Assembly (NCBI RefSeq): GCF_006345805.1
Contig: NC_043010.1
Location: 39,804,001 to 39,868,000 of the forward strand
Source: Octopus sinensis
Lineage: Eukaryota
Length of the DNA stretch: 64,000 nt
Direction of reading: 5' to 3'
In this document: one piece after another, positions 13,080-25,270 of the stretch
Layout: each line of letters opens with the position of its first letter
Numbering within the stretch: position 1 is the stretch's first letter
Position numbers and translations under genes: made by a program
The notes under the pieces: generated by a model
Database searches by the model: none
The model's input: only the letters and a program-made list of their open reading frames with translations
What the model was told of the DNA's origin: nothing

Positions 13080-14391
13080 TCTCTGTCTATCTTTCTCCCT
13101 CTCTTGTTCTTCATCCTTTCTGGTTTTCTCTCCTCTTCACCGTTCCCTAATCTTCTCCTCTCCTCTTCACCGTTCCCTCTCTTTCACTCTTCTTCTTCAT
13201 TGACTCTCCCGTCGCTGACACGTGAGGAAAAGGAATCTATCTTCTGCCCATTTCTTTCATAAAGACATCGCGTGCTTATACCTGTCTCCTCTCATAAGCT
13301 CGTCTTCCTAGCGTTCATAATAATTTTTCTATGGTCTTGGCTTAACAGCTCTCACCGTTTATTTTTACTGTCTTCTTCTCACTGTCCTGTTCTTGTTCCC
13401 ACTTTCAGCATCTGCAAAAAATCCAAAATTTTATTTAATTTGCGTTGCAGGAAGGATTGTTTTAACGAGGTCGCGTATTGTCCTTGCCATCGAAACGCGG
13501 AGTAGATGAAACGGGGACAACTGATAAAGGGGAATATTATTTATGTTGCATGTCTCGTTTCTCTGATTGTTTTTTTTTTTTCCATTGTTCCAAAAAAAGT
13601 TCGTTTTCCATGTTTTTGTTTTTATGTTTTCGTTTCTCATTGCGTTCAACATATTGTGATGTCTTGTACCCATATATGCATGTATATATACATATATATG
13701 TAGGTATGAATGAACATATGAACATATTTATATATTATTTATATTATTATACAATCTGAGATCAGTTTGACAATCGCCACTGATGAATGCGCGAGAGTTC
13801 TCCAGAAAAGTTACCAACAATTCTTTAAAAAAATATCCCCACCGAAGTTAACAAAGGATTTAACTAGAACGACAAACTAAAATGTCAAACTGTTAAAAAA
13901 TGAATAGATAAGAACTACCAGTGAAATCATTCTTTTCTCTTTTCAAATATGTATATGTATATAATTTTTTTTTTTTGAAAATGATTAAATGTTTGGCAAC
14001 CGCGATATTTCATGTTCAATACAACTACGAGGTGGGAGTCCATTGCTGGATTGCGTTATAACGTCAACAGTTCAATCATTGTTAGCGCAATTATGTACAT
14101 GACAATTGTATAAAATCTTAGTATGTTTGTTTTTCACCATGTTTATGTAATATTGATACAAGTTGGGAAATATATAATAGAAACATCTCAGTTGACAACA
14201 TTATATCTCCGTGTTCTATAAATCTATGGATCAGATTACAGAGATGGGTTATAATCCAGAGACAAATAATTACTGCCCAACATATACGGGAAGAAAGGAA
14301 GAATAGTTACTTGCAGGAAAAAATGCTAACGATGTCGACTGGATTCAATCTACGACAACTCGGTCCTCCTGTCCCACAACAAACACACACG

Positions 14392-14430
<39 letters not shown>

Positions 14431-14455
14431 GGGGGGTGCGTTTGCATATGAGTGT

Positions 14456-15256
14456 GTGTGTCTCATCAACAAGTATCAGGTCGGTTGCCATAGTAACGAA
14501 GCCAAAATACGCAGAATAAAGCAGCTGGCAAAGATTGAGCTTTAACTCTACTGCGTATGCACATTATGTTTTAACGTTCTAGCTTAATTCCGCTGTTTAC
14601 AGCAGTGCTTGGATGGAAGGTGTGTAGTGTGAGATCCTCGCATTGATCAGAAGCCTATGCAAGGTTGCAGAAAGTGTATGGAGAGCAGTGAATGAGCCGC
14701 ACACAAGATCCTTCCAAGATGGCCGAAAAATTATCGAACATTCTGGGAGAGTCGCTCCCGCAGAACTGAGTGAAACTTTGCAGATGTGCGTGCAGCTGTG
14801 AGGGGAAATCGCCGAATCACCATCCGTGAATTATATCAGAGGATGTGCAGATTGGTTACTCTCAGTTCAGTCCACTACCACTGAAGATTTGGGTATGAGA
14901 CGCGTGTCAGCCAAGTTTTCCCAGATCTGCTCTCAGCTGACCAAAAGGACACTCGGGTTACAGTTGCATAAGATCTCCTTGATTGTATCGAGATGTCTGA
15001 AAGCATTTTGAAAACTTTGCGTACACCTCTGAGCAGGTATCGCCAATCTTTTAACAAAATTTGATGCAGATTATCAGCTCAACTTTTTCTGTCATGGTCA
15101 ATGCGATGATCAAACGCTACACACCTTCCTTCCAAGGGAGCTAGAACGTTCAAACTTAGTGCGTATGTACGGCAATGATCGAGGTCAATGTGTGCTAAGT
15201 GGCTTCATTTTGAGTTACCATATAACAGTGCGGATACTTATTGATCAGACCACGTA
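14456..15256 (+). mobile_element. Decayed mariner with long inverted arms and an N-terminal transposase remnant
   Basis: Frameshifted ...RRITIREL...EDLGMRRVSAKF... (mariner HTH/WVPR region). 14456-14650 is mirrored by 15096-15256, which ends in ...gatcagaccacgTA. Confidence 0.8.
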
Positions 15257-15266
15257 TATATATATA

Positions 15267-15659
15267 TAACTGTACTTGTTGCCTATCGGATCAAACAGCG
15301 AATAGCCACTTTAAGAATTTATAATTTTCACTTCACAATTTTCTAAATTAGGCGATCTTTCCTATGTTACTATATATAAGGCTGACAAGGTGACTTAATT
15401 TCTTTTAACACGGCGATGGATTAATACGTCACTAATGAAGATTGATTAAATCTGAAATCAACGCTGATATGATTCCATCTCGCTTGTCGTAGTTGGGGGC
15501 GGGGACGGTCTCCCTTGTCAGTCATTAGAAAAGTACTCTCACATTACTAAGAGTTGTTCTGACTCGTATTTCTGACACCGTCACTTTAGTCATAAATAAC
15601 TGTACTTGTTGCCTATCGGCTCTAATCTAAATAACGAGTAGCCAACATAATTGATAAAT

Positions 15660-15665
<6 letters not shown>
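15267..15665 (+). mobile_element. Family D: 330-bp unit with terminal direct repeat, between (TA)n tracts
   Basis: taactgtacttgttgcctatcgg occurs at 15267 and 15597, and the unit contains a hammerhead-like fold. Confidence 0.7.
15428..15473 (+). ncRNA. Type I hammerhead fold with a G5A core change
   Basis: guca-CUAAUGA-agauu(gauua)aaucu-GAAA-uca(acgc)uga-UA-ugau. All three stems pair; the core is CUAAUGA instead of CUGAUGA. Confidence 0.7.
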
Positions 15666-15715
<50 letters not shown>

Positions 15716-17544
15716 ATATATACTTGCATACATACACTAATGCTATCATATATATACAGAGAGAGAGATACACGATTTTATATAAGCTTTCATATACATA
15801 CACTTATACATACACACATATATGTGTATATATGTATGTATGTATAATAACAAATAATGTCCTATACTAAATAAGCAATTATAATCTGTTCATTTTGGCA
15901 AAAGGAAATGAAGTCATTCATCCATGTTTTGTGCGTTTGACTGAATTTAAAACTTTTAGTAACGAGAAAACATTGTTTCCTAAACTTCAAAATATGAACA
16001 GATATATACATACGTGCATATATATGTACAAGCATACATTATAGCAAATATACAGATATGTATACATATATTTCTGTGCATACATTTGAACATATACGGT
16101 CATTTGTACCACACACACACATACAAACACACACAAAAACACACACACACAAACACACACACACACTCATATATATATACTCGGATATGCAGCTCTCTAT
16201 AGATAACTCTTCCATATGTATATGTGAGAGTGTGTGGGGGGGGGCGCAAGTCTCGTGCATGCGTGTGTATATGTCTGTGCGTGTGTGCGTGCGTGTGTGT
16301 GCATATGTATATATTTCTTTCCGTCAGATTATCTTCTATAGGTTGTTTGTTAAATTTCAAACGAGATAGCAGTACTCAGCTTAGAAATTAATCTCTAATG
16401 GTTAACAAAATAACACGGCTTTCGATTGTTATAAATATATTGGAAAAGTCAGATCTGCTGTGTGAGTAAGAAATCTATTGATAGCTACGCCAAATAATAT
16501 ATTTGTTATATCCATCTAAAGATTTCATGTCTGGAGGAAGATCAAGGGATTTTAGTTAATGTTCTGCTTTCTACATAAGAAACATCTCTTGTTATTGTTA
16601 TGAGAATGGAAGTTTCCAATAAAATATATATTTATTGTTCAAGATTTCTATTCGCGTTGGGAGCTAGAGTTATTAAGTGAGTTTTCATCTACGCAATTAA
16701 TTTGCAACAAATTTGCTAAAACGTTAGTACCTGGTGTTTGTCTTGTTGATGTTGAAGGATTAGTTCAACTTGTATATTGAGTTGAGGCATGATTAAATGC
16801 GTTCGACTCTTTGCTGTGATATTTATATTTTCAGATATAGCCTATTTAAAACGGTATTTCATTAATACCTTTATCCTTACTTTAAATAAAGGTGACTTTT
16901 GAGGGGAATTCGATTGTTCTTGCTATTAGATTGCTAAGAATGTTTGGAGCGAATGTTCTAGAAAGAACAAGTACCAGTCTTTCCAAAAATTTTTTGTAGA
17001 ATATTTTGAGATTTCTCTACATTAATAAGAAGACATAAAGGCAATTTAAATCCTTATAATCTTCACTTCTCCTTTTAACCCCTTACCCAAGAATTATTTT
17101 GAAAATAAATGTATTTTTTCAGACATATTTTTTAATTGTTTTATTTTACTATGTCAAAAAAGAGTTTATAATAGACGAAGGAACTCGTTTGCTGTCGATT
17201 TTGGCGAGTCTATCTTTTGACGAGTTAACTCGCCAGAGATAGAAAAAAACGATTTCGGTCAAAACGCATATATTCGTTTCTGCCGGGTAAGGGGTATCCA
17301 TGAGAAAACCTGATTAATTGGCGACCATGCTTTGCTCAGGCTAATTGTAGCTGATGCTGTTCTTTTTACCGTATTAGTAATTGTGGATATTTAAGTATTT
17401 TTTATTACGGGCGAGACGAACACATAAAGAAAGGACATGGTAAGTAATATAGTTGAATCTCCTACTTAAGTATGTTGTTGAAGGAATGAACGAGGGCGTA
17501 AGAAGTCGAGCGTTTGTTAAAAGATATATTTCTACTCTGAGCAA

Positions 17545-17746
17545 AAAGCACAAAATTTTGGTGGGGAGGGGGGGGGCAATCGATTAGCTCGACCCAAGTA
17601 CGCAACTCGTACTTGATTAATCGATCCCGAAAAGAAGAAAGGCAAAGTCGACCTCGGCGAAATTTAAACTCTGAACATAAAGATAGAGGAATTACCGCTA
17701 AGTATTTCACCCCGGTGTGTTAACGTCTCTACCAGCTCTCCGCCTT
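17545..17746 (-). mobile_element. SINE group 2
   Basis: Reverse complement of ...gccgaggtcgactttgcctttc...gggatcgattaatcaagtac... as at 60066. Confidence 0.75.
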
Positions 17747-18779
17747 GGTGCTGAAAAATATTTCTACTCGGTTTATCAATCTTCTTCAGTCTAGATTTTC
17801 TGCACTTGTGAATTTGCGTGTACATTCACGAGTATATGAGTCGTTTCCTGTTTGTTTATATGACGTTTCTCATTCAGAACTATTCGTCTAGATCAATGGT
17901 TCTCAACCAGGGTCTATATAAGGTTTTGATGATAAAATTTGCGTGCGATAAAATCAGTTATATTTTTGCCAAACGAAACATACTTCAACAACTTTATATA
18001 TATTTCTTTATAATTCGATTATAAAAATACAATAGGATTTTCTAAACATTCACTTGTTATGAGGGTCCACCCGAGTAAAATAGGAACCACAGTAGTTGAT
18101 AGACAAAGCAAAATCGTTCAGAAGCACTGGTTTAGATATTCTGATCGTTAACCTACAACCATTGTCAGTACCACAAGGTCAGACATGTCACAAATTTTCT
18201 TAAACTCTTTTATCTGAGTTACCAATCTCATTTTAGTCAATGAGCAATTCTCAAATCTCTAAAAACATCCAAATTTTTAATCGAAATCATGGAGACAGAC
18301 ACCTTCTCCAATAATATTGGAAACACTCGAGGATTCCTTTCTATATCCTCATCTCGCTGTGGTATATAACACTTCTGCATTCGTAGATTTTTCTGGCAGA
18401 TATTCATTTCATATTCTGTTGTGTATTTCTACTTGGATATTCCGCTGTAACAACCTACACTCAACACATTTTCTAGCTGATGATTCAGGATTGTTTAAAA
18501 ATAGCCTGCATACGCCTTATATAACACGCAACATAAACTGGCAGGGAGATGATAGGGTTTACATTTTTCAAACACTATCAAACCACCTAAGAATTTCAAC
18601 TGTTGTTGATTTTATGTTGCTTTTAAATTCCATGAATATTTTATTTCAAAATTTGATTTAGCACATCATTAAGTATCATACTTAATAGGTTTGAATTTAA
18701 TCTTCAACCACGCACTAAAATGAATATTACAATATCTCACATCTGACAAGTAAGCTTTTGGCGCAGTCGTGATTATACG

Positions 18780-18900
18780 ATGAATAGTTTATTTCCAAAC
18801 CACACTGTTCTGGTTTTAGTACCACAGAGTGGTATCTTGAGCAGGCGTCTTCTACTACATCCTCGGACCAGTAAATCCTTGTGAGTATATTTGCTTGACG
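18780..18900 (+). mobile_element. Degenerate SINE group 3 fragment
   Basis: Resembles 58868-59010 (atggttccgggttcagtccc...cttgggcaagtgtcttctactatag...). Confidence 0.55.
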
Positions 18901-19429
18901 GACACTAAAGCAAGTGCATCGTATGTATGACAAAATCACTAATGACAAGGAAAGAGTTTAGCATCAATATAAGATGCTTAACCACATACAATTCAACTAA
19001 ACTAATGGAATGATTATTGTGGTTGACAAAACTAATTTAACACGTTTTCATAATTCCCATGCTCAGCTATTCGCCTTTACATTCTGGGTTCGTCCTTTCG
19101 GGGGTCAATGAAATAAATATTGGTTGAGTACTGGGGTCTATGTAATCGATTAATTTCTGCAAAATTTCAAGCCTTGTGCCGATAGTAGAAAGAATGGTCC
19201 CTACGCTGAATGCAACATTTCTAACCAACAATGAATATGTCATGTATATATATACAAAGATGAATCTTTTTTCTTTTATCTCTACATTGTTTCAGTCATT
19301 ACAGTGTGGCAATGCTGGAGCATTGCCTTCGAGAATTTTTAGTCGGATGGATCGCCTCGAATAGTTATATAGTTTAAGCCTGATCATTCCTCTATTGGTT
19401 ACAATAAGTTACAAGGTGACCGATTGTGG

Positions 19430-19599
19430 TGAGAGACACCCATTTTTTTCTCTCCTTGTTTTTTCTGTGTCCCTTTCTGCAGAAGAGCGTAGGCTCAAAA
19501 CGTAAAATACTTTTTCTATTCCTGAGCGTTATACTAATACATCTGTTTGTTTTGTACACCACCTGTCTTCGTCTTTTGTTTTTTTTCGTAAACTCTCCC

Positions 19600-19600
<1 letters not shown>
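19430..19600 (+). mobile_element. Family G repeat ending in (TA)n
   Basis: Shares gaagagcgtag..ctc.aaacgtaaaa.acttt...cacctgtcttcgtctttgtttt with 56095-56280 and, inverted, with 55830-56010. Confidence 0.7.
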
Positions 19601-19677
<77 letters not shown>

Positions 19678-19919
19678 ATTTCGATGACGTAAACAAACAA
19701 AGTTTGCTTTCGAAGCGTTGAGATGTCTTGGAAAGCTAACGTGATTTTAATTTCTTAACGCATGATAATGCTAATAATCTAGCCTGAACAGGATAAGCGA
19801 CCCCTATTTTGCAGAAAAAAGTAATGGCGGCTGGCTATGAGATTGGAACTCACACCTCCGTGATTATGCGTCGCGGTGCTCTGAACCAATTAAACTAAAC
19901 CGCCCACACCATATATACA

Positions 19920-19977
<58 letters not shown>

Positions 19978-19983
19978 ATATAT

Positions 19984-20055
<72 letters not shown>

Positions 20056-20219
20056 TGCAAGTCAAACATTATCCGCACATTCGCCATAGCATATTTATAT
20101 ATTGTTACACTGTATTCTACGCATTGTACAATTGTGGTCATGTGATCGAAGTTTGAGCCTGATTGCGGTATTTTTCTTTGTGGCATCAACAAGAAAAAGA
20201 AGAACAAAGATCAACAGTG

Positions 20220-20565
20220 TGCGACCAACAGTGCAAGATACACCCAAACGCCGAAGCCTGATATCGAAGTAAGTTTTGTTGTTGCTTGAAAATGCACGCC
20301 CACACATGGCCTCCGGGAACGTTGAAGCCATTGATCAATTGGGTTTGAATGTGCTGGAACACCCTGCCTGCAGCCAAGATCTCGCCCCTCCGGACTATCA
20401 TATATTTATACCGCTCGAAGAAGGTTTACGAGGTCGTTGATTTCCTACGGACGAAGAGCTAAAGGAAGCCATGCATAAATGGTTGCACGACCAACCGAAA
20501 TCCTTCTTCGCAAGCTTCTGGATCACTGGATCAAGTGCATCGAGAAAGAAGATTTAGATAGAAAA
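20220..20565 (+). pseudogene. mariner transposase C-terminal remnant
   Basis: Translates to LLLENARPH...LEHPACSQDLAPPDYHIF...FPTDEELKEAMHKWL...KLLDHWIKCIE (a decayed YSPDLAPSD motif), with stops and frameshifts. Confidence 0.85.
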
Positions 20566-20958
20566 ATGACGTACTTGCTTAATTTTGGACTCTCCTTCGT
20601 ATATATAAAGCCCAGAGAAAAGAGTACAGTTGGACAGTTATTTTTTAATCACTATACATGTTTCCATACAACATAGTTCTTCATATATATAGGAATTTGA
20701 TTATGCAACGGTTTACCTGTATAAAGGGAACCTGTTGTATTTCTTCAAGTGTTACTCAATTGCTGTTCCCGTTAGTTACAAATCAATCGACTTCAATGCT
20801 AAGATATACTAACCGTACTTCTGACTCTATCTTGCTCGATGTTATTTTCACAGTCGACGAACGCCCGAATCGAGACTTGGAAGTTTATCGTAATACTATC
20901 GGCTATTCTATGGGTGAACGGGCTATATTTTGTACTGTGCTACGTTCCTAACGGAATA

Positions 20959-21355
20959 TCTTTATGTATAAAAGTGAGGTTGTGTGCTGTCTGTCTCCTA
21001 CGATTTAGATTCCTAACTACTCCCACATTTTGCGTTGCAGTTTAACCAAAACCGGGTATCTTATAGTCGTGATTTATATCGAGCCCTTCTGGGTATTAGC
21101 GCGCGTCCACGATGAGTCTACGATTAAAAACAAAAATTACCATCATTTCTTCCCATTTTTTAATGCGTTTTTGGCATATATAAAGGAAGTAACTCTCTAA
21201 AAATTTATTATTAAATCTCAGAACGTAAAAAGCTACAGTAACACCACCCCCTTTGTGGTTAGCCATATTGAGATGGCTATTATACTTTACATCTCTAAAA
21301 ATGGTATATAGTTATTTCCCTTACAAACCCGAGCAACGCCGGACGATACTGCTAG
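20959..21355 (+). mobile_element. Non-autonomous Helitron (family C)
   Basis: Starts A^TCtttatgtataaaa. Ends with hairpin cccgagcaacgccgg then CTAG^T. Copies at 31800, 34641 and 35234. Confidence 0.8.
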
Positions 21356-21398
<43 letters not shown>

Positions 21399-21404
21399 AT
21401 ATAC

Positions 21405-21543
21405 ACGACAAGGTTCTCTTAGTTTCCATCTACCAAATCCACTCACAAAGCTCTGGTTGTCTTGAGTATATAGCAGAAGATACGCAGTGAGACTGAATCG
21501 AGAACTAAATGATTTCGAAGCAATCTTCTTACCACACAGCCAC
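21405..21543 (-). mobile_element. SINE group 3, 5' fragment
   Basis: Reverse complement of gtggctgtgtggtaag...ggatttggtagatggaaac as at 58868. Confidence 0.7.
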
Positions 21544-21765
21544 ACATATACACATAAATACATACGTGCACACACACATACACACACACATATATATATA
21601 TATTATATTATATATTCACAAAAACAATAAAGATTCAAGTTAATTTAAATGAATTTACTTGAATATGGTACCTAACTTAGATGCACCAAAAAAAAACTAT
21701 ATGTTTTAACAATACAGTAATGTGGGGTGATTATAAGCGAGAAAGAAGCAACAAGAATGGATAGG

Positions 21766-21858
21766 TTTTAGTACAATCGTTTCATACAAGGACAGGCTTT
21801 ATTAAAAGTTAAAAAAATTACAGCTTATAAAAACGTGTCCCGTACTCATCAGCTAAAA
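21766..21858 (-). ncRNA. Type I hammerhead ribozyme in the PLE1 3' repeat
   Basis: uuuuag-CUGAUGA-[long stem II guacgggaca...ugucc(u)uguau]-GAAA-C-GAUU-G-UA-cuaaaa, with a 6-bp stem I. Same strand as the PLE ORF. Confidence 0.8.
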
Positions 21859-23329
21859 TACATGTGAGTTCTCTAGACATCCTAGTGGTTGAGGCTATAC
21901 TCATAGAAGTAATGTAGATAATTAAGTAACATAAACAGATTTCCAAAGTTCATTAAAGTTCTTTAAAGATGATGTACAGTATTATCACAGAATTTTAAAA
22001 AAGTTTTAATAGCATCACAGAGAGATGACCTAATCCATAGCGCACATATGAATTCCAGAGATATGAGGAGGGATTACATACTCACAGACGACAAATTTAT
22101 CCATTGTTAATCACAACGAGATGGGTCTCAATTCCTGCTTATTAGCATTACAGAGAGGGTGAATTAATCTTTGTATAGATGCCCAATTTCCAATGGTGTA
22201 GATGTAATTTCCAGAGAAATGAAGAGGAATTTCATATTCACAGGCGATAAATTTATCAATGGTTGCACAACAATGAGGTAGGTATCAATTCTTGCTATAT
22301 GATTAGGTATTTGCCACATTAATCACATTACTGCTATTTACAAGAGGCTGTAGCTATTTAACTTTTAAAGGCTGAAGGGCTTTCTAGAGAGGCAAAGAAC
22401 AGAAAAGGGAAGGGAAGAGAGAAAGAAAAGAGAGAAAATAAAGGAGGAGGGAGCAAAAGGGGGGGAGGGGGACTAAAAGAGAAGAGAAAAGGAAAAAGAG
22501 AATAGAAGAAGAAAAGAAAAAAAAAGAGAAAAGAGAAAGAAATAGGGAAAGAAGGGAAAAAAAGAAAAAGAAAAAAAGAGGGTTCTATTTATACAGAAGA
22601 ATTAGTAGACGGCAAGTCTGGTTTTAATTTACAGGCATCTAGGAACTAGAGGAGAATATTATTCTTTGACCAGTAAAACAGCTAATTTATTGCTGTTGAA
22701 ATCAGCTATGAATTTAAAGAGAATCTAAAGAGATAACACGGTCAGGGGTTTAGGGGTCAGAGGCTAAAATCAAAAGAAAATACATTAGGAAAATCTAAGT
22801 ATAATCTTATCAAAAAGTCATTAAAATTTATTTATTTAATTTATTCATTTTATTGTCTTAAGGAGTTGCCGTTATTATTCATACATTGACGGACTACAGG
22901 TCAAATCTTAGAAGATCATTTACAAGGTGTTAGGGAATTGTCTATCATAATGAAGATAATCATATTATCACCGAGGGAGTAGCCTTATTATTTAATTTTG
23001 AAATAGAATTATGGGGCTTTAGTAACTCATTTTATTTTATTAAAGTTATGCTACTTAAATTAGATTAAGTTAAGAATTAAAATTAAAAATTACAATTAAG
23101 ATTTAAAATTAAGATTTAAAATTATGAGTTTGAAATTAAATAAAGCCTCAATTAAGCAGCGTATAAGTACTATTCATTTCCCTGTTCTCAAAAAACTGAT
23201 GCAGATATAAGGAAAAAGATAACTGTAGTGTGAGAACTCTTAGTTATCTACTTAAAGCAGTGCTATACTAGTAAAAATCAAGTTATATCTATCTATCTAT
23301 CTAGTTACGAATATTTAATCATTTAAAAT

Positions 23330-23730
23330 ATTTTAAAGTCTTCAATTTAGCGTGGACAAACTTGACCTAGTCGATATGGTTATTCAATAAGTTTCTATGT
23401 TTCTATGCTTTAGAATTTCATACGTCTCCATGGAGCATAGTTGGCAACCAACCCTACTATTTTTATACGGAATTGCTCTCCTAACTATTTCCCAATTAAG
23501 GTTATAATTATTATTATTATTTTTGAGTTCCAGATTTTGTTTGAAAGTGTGGTGGTACCAGCTTTATGACGTAATTTAAAAGACGAGATGTGATTTCTAA
23601 CTCTGGCTAGAAATTAATTGTACATCCAATGTAAAAATATTTGTTATTCTCCGTGGATATGGTACATTTATAGATTACATTATTTTCCCCGCATAGACCA
23701 GGTGCCGGGCATTTTGATTTTATTCTACAC
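23330..23730 (-). pseudogene. PLE1 GIY-YIG endonuclease remnant
   Basis: CRIKSKCPAPGLCGENNVIYKCTISTENNKYFYIGCT, then a stop/frameshift, ARVRNHISSF...TTLSNKIW...WEIVRRAIPY...CQLC. Confidence 0.85.
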
Positions 23731-24559
23731 TTACACACAGGAGGAACAACTTCAGGTTTTGGATTATTCTTGGGTAGATGTCTTAGGTTCCTATTATTTT
23801 GATTATCATGAGTATAATTGTCCTTATTGTTATTAATATTTCTATAGTTGGTGCTGATATCTAAAGTATTGCTATTATTTATTGTCCTTCTGTTTCATCA
23901 TTTAGGTCTAAAGTCCTACCATGATTTCTTATATTATTGGTAATGTTACTATATTGTTAGTCTTTTTATCCGACTGCATATTGTTGTTATAGATATCACT
24001 GATATTTCATTCTCCTTATTTCTCCATTAGCCTTATTTCTATTATTTCTATTATTAACATTATTACTTCTATTAATATCGGCATGTTATTATACTATTAA
24101 TGTTAATGTTATTAGTCATTCTGTGGTTACTAATTTTCACCTATGTTTTGATAGTTACTATGCTGTTTTAATTGTTGGTAGTATTATTATAATTGCTATT
24201 GGTATTCATGCTGATATTATTATTTTTATTTCTATCTTCCTGGCTAGTTTAATGTTGTTATTATTAATCTTAGCTATTAAAGTGGACATATTTGGAGGGT
24301 TGAATAAGAAATCTAACTGTTTTCCTAGAAATAATTCTATGATATCTATGAGAGATAGGGAATTTTTTTCCAGAATTACTTTGAATTTGTTCTGTATATC
24401 CGATTGTATCGCACAGTTGAAAGGAATATTCAGCCATAATATATCTTTTTTATTAATTTAGGGTTCGTAGAATTATTACTATTCATCTCACCGGAGTTAT
24501 TGTATTTATTACCATTATTTTTATTTTTATTTGTGTGCATCTTAGGTTTATCTACTTCG

Positions 24560-25270
24560 ATATTATCCGAGTTACCTATGTTCTGGTCAATGCTTCTATT
24601 TGAATTGTTGGGCCTGTACGCTAGATTAGCGTTTACCGTTAATTTAATTCTACTTTTATTTCGGGCTTGGTCTGTATTGCTGCTTACGTGATTACTGATA
24701 ACTTCTTTATTAGGAATACGTGAGTTCTCCTTATCAACGAATGTAATCTTTTGGTTGTATCCAGCCTTAGTTAACGCCGCATTATAATGCTCAGAATGGG
24801 AGTTAAATATATCCTTATTGGATGATAATTTTGAAATTCTTAATGAAATATTTCTTACTAAAGATTCAATTATATTTGGGGGATGATTTGATAATTTATT
24901 TACGTAATTCGTGATTTCGCCTTCCTTCTAAATGGGTAATGCAGCTTGGAGTTAAGGTCTAGCGTATTATAGGAAGTTATAAAGTTAACTATTTTAGTGC
25001 CCGGTTCATACGTTATACTGAGGTTGAAATCATTAAAGAACTTATTAATTTTCTTTCTAATCCTTTCTATAACAGATTTATTATTACTAGGGATAACAAA
25101 CAGAGCATCATCCCTATATAGACCCCCCTGTATTTCTGGGAATTCTTGCTTATGCATTTTAATAGATATGCGCCTACTAGGTTGGTTACCTCAGCCGAAT
25201 CACTGGAACCCATTGGTATATCAAAATAATTAGGTGTATCTGCTCTAGTCCATAATTTATCTTTCAAATT
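24560..25270 (-). pseudogene. PLE1 reverse transcriptase/thumb remnant
   Basis: ORF-track pieces 25067..25267 and 24900..25157 carry PMGS and YRDD motifs. Frameshifted. Confidence 0.85.

Noticed and set aside
13775-13830. CTGATGA hits at 13780, 18477 and 54863
   Set aside because: No compatible stem I and stem III around a GAAA...NUH; these look like chance matches.
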